Assembly (NCBI RefSeq): GCF_000009045.1
Contig: NC_000964.3
Coordinates: forward strand, 240,001 to 272,000
DNA from: Bacillus subtilis subsp. subtilis str. 168
GTDB lineage: Bacteria; Bacillota; Bacilli; Bacillales; Bacillaceae
DNA: 32,000 bases
Direction: 5' to 3'
A program made the position numbers and the translations under genes. Below, piece by piece: positions 26,719-32,000 of the stretch (the stretch's first letter is position 1; the number at the start of each line of letters is the position of its first letter). The notes below the pieces were generated by a model. The model ran no database searches. It saw only the letters and a list, made by a program, of their open reading frames with translations, and was not told where the DNA came from.

Positions 26719-27663
26719 ATGCGTTTTTTTATTGCAGATGATGACCGTGCGGTGCGGTCAATTTTAAGGCAGATCATTGAGGACGAAGATCTCGGGGAAG
26801 CTGCTGGTGAAGCAGACGACGGAAGCCAAGTGGAAGGGCATATGCTGCAATTTAAGCAGATTGATATTTTATTAATCGATCTGTTAATGCCCGGAAGAGA
26901 CGGCATTGAGACGATTCGTCAGATCCAGAATACGTACTCCGGCAAAATCGTAATGATCTCTCAAGTGGAGGCGAAGGAAATGGTCGGGGAAGCGTACTCG
27001 CTCGGCATCGAATATTTTATCCATAAGCCGATTAACCGCATTGAAATTGTCACGGTTCTCCAAAAGGTGAAGGAGCGGATCGAGCTTGAACACTCGATTG
27101 GAGCCATTCAGCATTCTCTAAGCCGGCTTGTCAATCGGACTGAACGGAAAGCGCGTCCCCAGCAGAAGAGTGACAGCGGTTTAAAAGAGGCAGGAACATT
27201 CCTGTTGTCCGAGCTGGGCATGATGGGAGAAGGCGGCGCACATGATCTCATGGCGGTCCTGCAGTATTTAGCAGAACACGAGCAATCCGAGCCGCACGAA
27301 AAACAAAGCCCTTCGCTAAAACAAATATTCACCCAAGTAGCGGTACGGAAGCTGGGGACAGGAGCCTCACAGACGGAAGTCAATCGCGAAATGAAAGCCT
27401 CGGAGCAGCGTATCCGCAGAGCGATTATTCATTCGCTGCACCATTTTGCTTCACTGGGCACAACTGATTTTTCGAATCCAAAATTTGAAACCTATGCATC
27501 GAAATTCTTTGATTTTCCGGTTGTCAGCCAGAAAATGAAAGAACTCCAATCCAAGGATGCAAAACCCCTTGCACCTGCTAGAATAAATATGAAAAAATTC
27601 ATCCACGTGTTTTTTTTGGAAGCAAAGCTTTTGCATGAGACGATGAAACAAAGAAGGATATAA
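26719..27663 (+). CDS. glnL: Response regulator (REC domain + YcbB-type C-terminal domain)
   Basis: 314 aa. REC signature FIADDD..ILLIDLLMPGRDG..KP. SD AAAGGGTGA. Confidence 0.9.
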   Translation: MRFFIADDDRAVRSILRQIIEDEDLGEAAGEADDGSQVEGHMLQFKQIDILLIDLLMPGRDGIETIRQIQNTYSGKIVMISQVEAKEMVGEAYSLGIEYFIHKPINRIEIVTVLQKVKERIELEHSIGAIQHSLSRLVNRTERKARPQQKSDSGLKEAGTFLLSELGMMGEGGAHDLMAVLQYLAEHEQSEPHEKQSPSLKQIFTQVAVRKLGTGASQTEVNREMKASEQRIRRAIIHSLHHFASLGTTDFSNPKFETYASKFFDFPVVSQKMKELQSKDAKPLAPARINMKKFIHVFFLEAKLLHETMKQRRI

Positions 27664-27666
27664 ACC

Positions 27667-27697
27667 AAACAGCCGGCTGACCAGGCTGTTTTTTTGC
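27667..27697 (+). terminator. Rho-independent terminator of glnKL
   Basis: Stem aaacagcc/ggctgttt followed by TTTTTT. Confidence 0.8.
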
Positions 27698-27761
27698 TGC
27701 GCAGAATCCCGGCCGGACAGTGATTTACCGCTTTTTTATAAAATATCAGAAAATAAAGATA

Positions 27762-27789
27762 TTGACTTATTGTTTATTTGTCTTACAAT
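27762..27789 (+). promoter_or_regulatory. Candidate sigma-A promoter of the glucarate/galactarate operon (TTGACT-16-TACAAT)
   Basis: -35 element at 27762-27767 and -10 element at 27784-27789. Confidence 0.55.
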
Positions 27790-27836
27790 TAAACAAAAGG
27801 ATATATGGGAAGGAGCGGATGTGAAAGAAAAATTAA

Positions 27837-27850
27837 TAAAAGCGCTTACA
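27837..27850 (+). promoter_or_regulatory. cre-like box, 13/14 (TAAAAGCGCTTACA) in the kdgD leader
   Basis: The only mismatch is the conserved G at position 2. It lies about 45 nt downstream of the candidate -10 element, a roadblock position. Confidence 0.4.
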
Positions 27851-27889
27851 GATAGAGGCCGTATACACAAATAACAGGAGGTTATGTTG

Positions 27890-28816
27890 ATGAGCCGTAT
27901 CAGAAAAGCACCCGCTGGAATTTTAGGTTTTCCGGTTGCTCCTTTTAACACACAAGGAAAACTGGAGGAAGAAGCTCTTTTTCAAAACATTGAGTTTTTG
28001 CTGAATGAGGGCTTGGAAGCGATATTTATCGCTTGCGGGTCTGGTGAATTCCAATCTCTCAGCCAGAAGGAATATGAGCAAATGGTGGAAGTCGCAGTCT
28101 CGGCAGCCGGAGGAAAGGTGCCGGTCTACACGGGGGTGGGCGGCAACCTCAGCACAGCGCTTGATTGGGCGCAGCTGTCGGAGAAAAAAGGCGCCGACGG
28201 CTACTTGATTCTGCCTCCGTATTTGGTGCATGGCGAACAGGAGGGGCTGTACCAGTATGCGAAAACGATTATTGAAAGCACTGACTTGAACGCGATTCTT
28301 TATCAGCGCGATAACGCAGTTCTCTCTGTTGAACAGATCAAACGTCTGACCGAATGTGAACAGCTTGTCGGTGTCAAAGACGGGGTAGGAAATATGGATT
28401 TGAATATCAATCTCGTCTATACGATCGGCGACCGCTTGGGATGGCTCAACGGAATGCCGATGGCTGAAGTGACGATGCCGGCTTATCTGCCGATCGGGTT
28501 CCACTCTTACTCTTCAGCGATTTCAAATTATATCCCGCATATTTCGCGAATGTTCTATGATGCATTGAAAAACGGAAATGACGAGCTTGTGAAGGAACTC
28601 TATCGGCATGTGATTCTGCCGATCAACGACATTCGCAAACAACGAAAAGGCTACGCCGTATCCTTGATTAAAGCCGGTATGGAAATCATGGGTTTGAATG
28701 TAAGGAATACAGCCAGACCGCCTGTCGGCCCGGTTGAAAAAGATCATTATCAGCAATTGGAAGCAATTTTGAAGCAGGCGGCTGACCGTTTTCCGAAAAA
28801 AGCCGCGACGGTTTGA
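27890..28816 (+). CDS. kdgD: 5-dehydro-4-deoxyglucarate dehydratase (DapA/DHDPS-like class I aldolase family)
   Basis: ATG 27890 lies 8 nt after AGGAGG, whereas the track start 27884 is only 2 nt from the SD sequence. Motifs ACGSGEF and Schiff-base lysine context VGVKDGVG. 308 aa. Confidence 0.92.
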   Translation: MSRIRKAPAGILGFPVAPFNTQGKLEEEALFQNIEFLLNEGLEAIFIACGSGEFQSLSQKEYEQMVEVAVSAAGGKVPVYTGVGGNLSTALDWAQLSEKKGADGYLILPPYLVHGEQEGLYQYAKTIIESTDLNAILYQRDNAVLSVEQIKRLTECEQLVGVKDGVGNMDLNINLVYTIGDRLGWLNGMPMAEVTMPAYLPIGFHSYSSAISNYIPHISRMFYDALKNGNDELVKELYRHVILPINDIRKQRKGYAVSLIKAGMEIMGLNVRNTARPPVGPVEKDHYQQLEAILKQAADRFPKKAATV

Positions 28817-28845
28817 CCAGAAAAAACACGAAAGGGGCAATGGGC

Positions 28846-30312
28846 ATGTCTGTGATCACGGAACAAAACACGTACCTCAACTTTATTAACGGAGAGTGGG
28901 TTAAGTCTCAATCAGGCGATATGGTCAAAGTCGAAAACCCTGCCGATGTGAATGATATTGTCGGATATGTACAGAATTCAACGGCTGAAGATGTGGAACG
29001 TGCCGTCACCGCCGCCAATGAAGCCAAAACGGCTTGGAGAAAGCTGACGGGTGCCGAGCGCGGCCAATACTTATACAAAACAGCGGATATCATGGAGCAG
29101 CGCTTGGAGGAAATCGCCGCCTGTGCAACGCGTGAAATGGGTAAAACATTGCCGGAAGCGAAGGGAGAAACAGCCCGGGGGATTGCCATTCTGCGCTATT
29201 ACGCCGGAGAGGGCATGCGAAAAACGGGTGACGTCATTCCGTCTACTGACAAAGACGCGCTCATGTTTACCACCCGTGTTCCGCTCGGTGTGGTCGGTGT
29301 GATTTCTCCGTGGAACTTCCCAGTGGCGATTCCGATTTGGAAAATGGCGCCGGCATTGGTATACGGCAATACCGTTGTCATCAAACCGGCGACAGAAACA
29401 GCTGTGACATGCGCGAAGATCATTGCCTGCTTTGAGGAAGCGGGGCTCCCGGCAGGGGTCATCAATTTGGTGACAGGCCCGGGTTCTGTTGTCGGGCAGG
29501 GGCTTGCTGAGCATGACGGTGTAAACGCCGTTACGTTTACCGGTTCAAATCAAGTCGGAAAAATCATCGGGCAAGCCGCTTTAGCGAGGGGAGCCAAATA
29601 TCAGCTTGAGATGGGCGGCAAAAACCCTGTCATCGTAGCTGATGACGCTGACCTTGAAGCTGCGGCAGAAGCTGTCATAACGGGGGCCTTCCGTTCAACC
29701 GGCCAGAAATGCACCGCGACAAGCCGTGTCATCGTACAAAGCGGAATTTACGAGCGCTTTAAAGAAAAACTGCTCCAGCGCACAAAAGATATTACAATCG
29801 GAGACAGCTTAAAAGAGGATGTCTGGATGGGACCGATAGCCAGCAAGAATCAGCTTGATAACTGCCTGTCATACATTGAGAAAGGCAAACAGGAGGGCGC
29901 TTCCCTTTTAATAGGAGGAGAAAAGCTGGAGAACGGAAAGTATCAAAACGGCTATTATGTTCAGCCTGCCATCTTTGACAATGTGACATCTGAGATGACA
30001 ATTGCCCAGGAGGAAATTTTCGGTCCGGTGATCGCCTTGATCAAGGTGGACTCGATAGAGGAGGCGCTGAACATCGCCAATGATGTGAAGTTCGGTTTAA
30101 GTGCATCCATCTTCACGGAAAACATCGGCCGAATGCTTTCTTTCATTGATGAAATCGATGCCGGGCTGGTTCGGATCAATGCAGAAAGCGCAGGTGTTGA
30201 GCTGCAGGCGCCTTTTGGCGGCATGAAGCAGTCGAGCTCCCACTCCCGAGAACAGGGTGAGGCAGCGAAGGACTTTTTCACAGCGATCAAAACTGTTTTT
30301 GTGAAGCCGTAA
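28846..30312 (+). CDS. ycbD: NAD(P)-dependent aldehyde dehydrogenase (2,5-dioxovalerate / alpha-ketoglutarate semialdehyde dehydrogenase)
   Basis: ATG 28846 after GAAAGGGG. ALDH catalytic Glu in LEMGGKNP and catalytic Cys in GQKCTATSR. 488 aa. Confidence 0.92.
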   Translation: MSVITEQNTYLNFINGEWVKSQSGDMVKVENPADVNDIVGYVQNSTAEDVERAVTAANEAKTAWRKLTGAERGQYLYKTADIMEQRLEEIAACATREMGKTLPEAKGETARGIAILRYYAGEGMRKTGDVIPSTDKDALMFTTRVPLGVVGVISPWNFPVAIPIWKMAPALVYGNTVVIKPATETAVTCAKIIACFEEAGLPAGVINLVTGPGSVVGQGLAEHDGVNAVTFTGSNQVGKIIGQAALARGAKYQLEMGGKNPVIVADDADLEAAAEAVITGAFRSTGQKCTATSRVIVQSGIYERFKEKLLQRTKDITIGDSLKEDVWMGPIASKNQLDNCLSYIEKGKQEGASLLIGGEKLENGKYQNGYYVQPAIFDNVTSEMTIAQEEIFGPVIALIKVDSIEEALNIANDVKFGLSASIFTENIGRMLSFIDEIDAGLVRINAESAGVELQAPFGGMKQSSSHSREQGEAAKDFFTAIKTVFVKP

Positions 30313-30319
30313 TGGTGCT

Positions 30320-30343
30320 GGAAAGAGGCGTGCGTCTCTTTCC
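30320..30343 (+). other. Intra-operon stem-loop without U-tract
   Basis: ggaaagag-gcgtgcgt-ctctttcc (8-bp stem) between ycbD and gudP. Confidence 0.5.
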
Positions 30344-30395
30344 CGGTTTATCACAACCAGCATATGATTCTCTACTTTGAAAAGGAGAAGATACT

Positions 30396-31763
30396 ATGAA
30401 AAAAGACTTTGCGAGTGTTACTCCGGCGGGCAAAAAAACGTCCGTGCGCTGGTTCATCGTGTTTATGCTGTTTCTTGTGACCTCTATTAACTACGCGGAT
30501 CGAGCGACGCTTTCCATCACCGGAGATTCCGTCCAGCACGATTTGGGATTGGACTCGGTCGCCATGGGATATGTCTTTTCTGCCTTTGGCTGGGCCTATG
30601 TCATCGGACAGCTTCCGGGCGGCTGGCTGCTGGACCGTTTTGGTTCAAAGACTATCATTGCGTTAAGCATCTTTTTCTGGTCGTTTTTTACGTTGCTGCA
30701 AGGGGCGATTGGCTTTTTCTCCGCCGGCACAGCGATTATCCTGCTGTTTGCACTGCGTTTTCTGGTTGGTTTATCAGAAGCGCCTTCATTTCCCGGAAAC
30801 GGCAGAGTTGTTGCCTCATGGTTTCCAAGCTCCGAGCGCGGGACAGCTTCAGCCTTTTTTAATTCAGCACAATACTTCGCAATCGTCATTTTTTCTCCTT
30901 TAATGGGCTGGCTTACCCACTCTTTCGGCTGGCATTCCGTTTTCGTTGTCATGGGTATTGCAGGCATTCTTCTGGCTGTCATCTGGCTAAAAACGGTGTA
31001 TGAACCGAAAAAACATCCGAAGGTTAATGAAGCTGAGCTTGCGTACATCGAACAGGGCGGCGGGCTGATTTCCATGGATGACAGTAAAAGCAAACAAGAA
31101 ACAGAATCGAAATGGCCGTATATCAAACAGCTGTTAACGAACCGCATGCTGATTGGCGTGTACATCGCGCAATACTGTATTACGACTCTCACCTATTTCT
31201 TTCTCACATGGTTTCCGGTATATTTGGTTCAGGCCCGCGGCATGTCTATTCTTGAAGCTGGGTTTGTCGCTTCCCTGCCGGCGCTGTGCGGATTTGCCGG
31301 CGGCGTGCTTGGGGGCATTGTGTCAGACATCTTACTCAAAAAAGGCCGTTCACTGACCTTTGCAAGAAAAGTGCCAATCATTGCCGGCATGCTGCTGTCT
31401 TGCAGTATGATTGTCTGTAACTACACAGATTCAGCATGGCTCGTCGTTGTCATTATGTCGCTCGCGTTTTTCGGAAAAGGCTTCGGCGCATTGGGTTGGG
31501 CTGTCGTGTCGGACACGTCTCCGAAAGAATGTGCAGGATTAAGCGGCGGTTTGTTCAACACTTTCGGGAATATTGCCTCAATTACAACACCGATTATTAT
31601 CGGATACATTGTCAATGCCACTGGATCTTTCAATGGCGCGCTTGTGTTTGTCGGCGCTAACGCGATTGCGGCGATCCTCAGCTATTTGCTGCTGGTCGGG
31701 CCGATCAAACGGGTCGTGTTAAAGAAACAAGAACAAGACCCCGATCAATCGTTGCCTGTCTAA
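30396..31763 (+). CDS. gudP: MFS (anion:cation symporter family) glucarate/galactarate transporter
   Basis: 455 aa with 12 TM segments. MFS motif A GGWLLDRFGSK. SD AAAGGAGAAG. Confidence 0.92.
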   Translation: MKKDFASVTPAGKKTSVRWFIVFMLFLVTSINYADRATLSITGDSVQHDLGLDSVAMGYVFSAFGWAYVIGQLPGGWLLDRFGSKTIIALSIFFWSFFTLLQGAIGFFSAGTAIILLFALRFLVGLSEAPSFPGNGRVVASWFPSSERGTASAFFNSAQYFAIVIFSPLMGWLTHSFGWHSVFVVMGIAGILLAVIWLKTVYEPKKHPKVNEAELAYIEQGGGLISMDDSKSKQETESKWPYIKQLLTNRMLIGVYIAQYCITTLTYFFLTWFPVYLVQARGMSILEAGFVASLPALCGFAGGVLGGIVSDILLKKGRSLTFARKVPIIAGMLLSCSMIVCNYTDSAWLVVVIMSLAFFGKGFGALGWAVVSDTSPKECAGLSGGLFNTFGNIASITTPIIIGYIVNATGSFNGALVFVGANAIAAILSYLLLVGPIKRVVLKKQEQDPDQSLPV

Positions 31764-31769
31764 TATTTA

Positions 31770-31783
31770 TGAAAGCGCTTTAT
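31770..31783 (+). promoter_or_regulatory. cre-like palindrome, 12/14 (TGAAAGCGCTTTAT; core AAAGCGCTTT is a perfect 10-bp palindrome)
   Basis: It sits in the 36-nt gudP-gudD spacer, 17 nt before the gudD ATG. Confidence 0.35.
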
Positions 31784-31799
31784 AAAGGGAGGAAAATGC

Positions 31800-32000
31800 A
31801 TGAGTTCACCGATACAAGAGCAGGTTCAAAAAGAAAAAAGATCGAATATTCCCTCAATTTCTGAAATGAAGGTGATTCCTGTTGCGGGACATGACAGCAT
31901 GCTGCTGAATCTAAGCGGAGCACACAGCCCGTTTTTTACCCGGAATATCGTAATCTTAACAGACAGCAGCGGAAATCAGGGAGTCGGCGAGGTGCCTGGC
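31800..32000 (+). CDS. gudD: Glucarate dehydratase (enolase superfamily), first 67 codons; continues past the right edge
   Basis: ATG 31800 after AAAGGGAGGAAAA. Translation [67 protein letters not shown], a typical GudD N-terminus. Confidence 0.88.
   Translation, partial: MSSPIQEQVQKEKRSNIPSISEMKVIPVAGHDSMLLNLSGAHSPFFTRNIVILTDSSGNQGVGEVPG

Noticed and set aside
27923-28504. 193-aa antisense ORF inside kdgD, with similar long antisense or off-frame ORFs at 30596-31192, 20823-21287, 23222-23674, 3934-4362, 13078-13467, 25921-26304 and 29071-29514
   Set aside because: All are embedded opposite, or out of frame with, genes that have clear family signatures. They lack SD sequences and translate to low-complexity Arg/Ser/Pro/Cys-rich strings typical of shadow frames. 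There is no independent support.

Overview
The window reads as one contiguous piece of a Bacillus subtilis 168-like chromosome, running from ybfG to gudD. This identification comes from my own recognition of the encoded proteins and gene order; no database search was run. I call 30 protein-coding genes, two of them cut by the window edges: ybfG(partial)-ybfH-ybfI | purT | mpr-ybfJ | ybfK | pssA-ybfM-psd-ybfN | ybfO | ybfP | trhO(ybfQ) | gltP | gamP-gamA / gamR-ybgB | ilvE(ybgE) | ybgF-mmuM | glnT-glsA / glnK-glnL | kdgD(ycbC)-ycbD-gudP(ycbE)-gudD(partial). Several ORF-track entries carry N-terminal extensions with no ribosome-binding site. I trimmed these to the first start codon preceded by a Shine-Dalgarno (SD) sequence. 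The first 1.8 kb is a single minus-strand ORF (ybfG) that is missing from the track because it runs off the left edge. I see no rRNA, tRNA, CRISPR array, transposase, integrase, prophage or long repeat. Most gene units end in clear Rho-independent terminators. I can also read ECF-type promoters (sigma-X-like before pssA, sigma-W-like before ybfO), a CodY box before ilvE, and one perfect plus three imperfect cre (CcpA) boxes. I do not find a convincing, previously undescribed multi-gene system here. This is a well-charted metabolic, transport and envelope region. What deserves a second look is small scale. Two small upstream ORFs carry SD sequences, in the kdgD and pssA leaders. Two strong terminators (mmuM/ybgF and psd/ybfN) leave no room for a downstream promoter. 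The protease gene mpr overlaps the lipoprotein gene ybfJ. Several proteins remain poorly characterised (YbfG, YbfN, YbfO/YbfP, YbgB). All regulatory calls are motif readings by eye and need experimental or computational confirmation.
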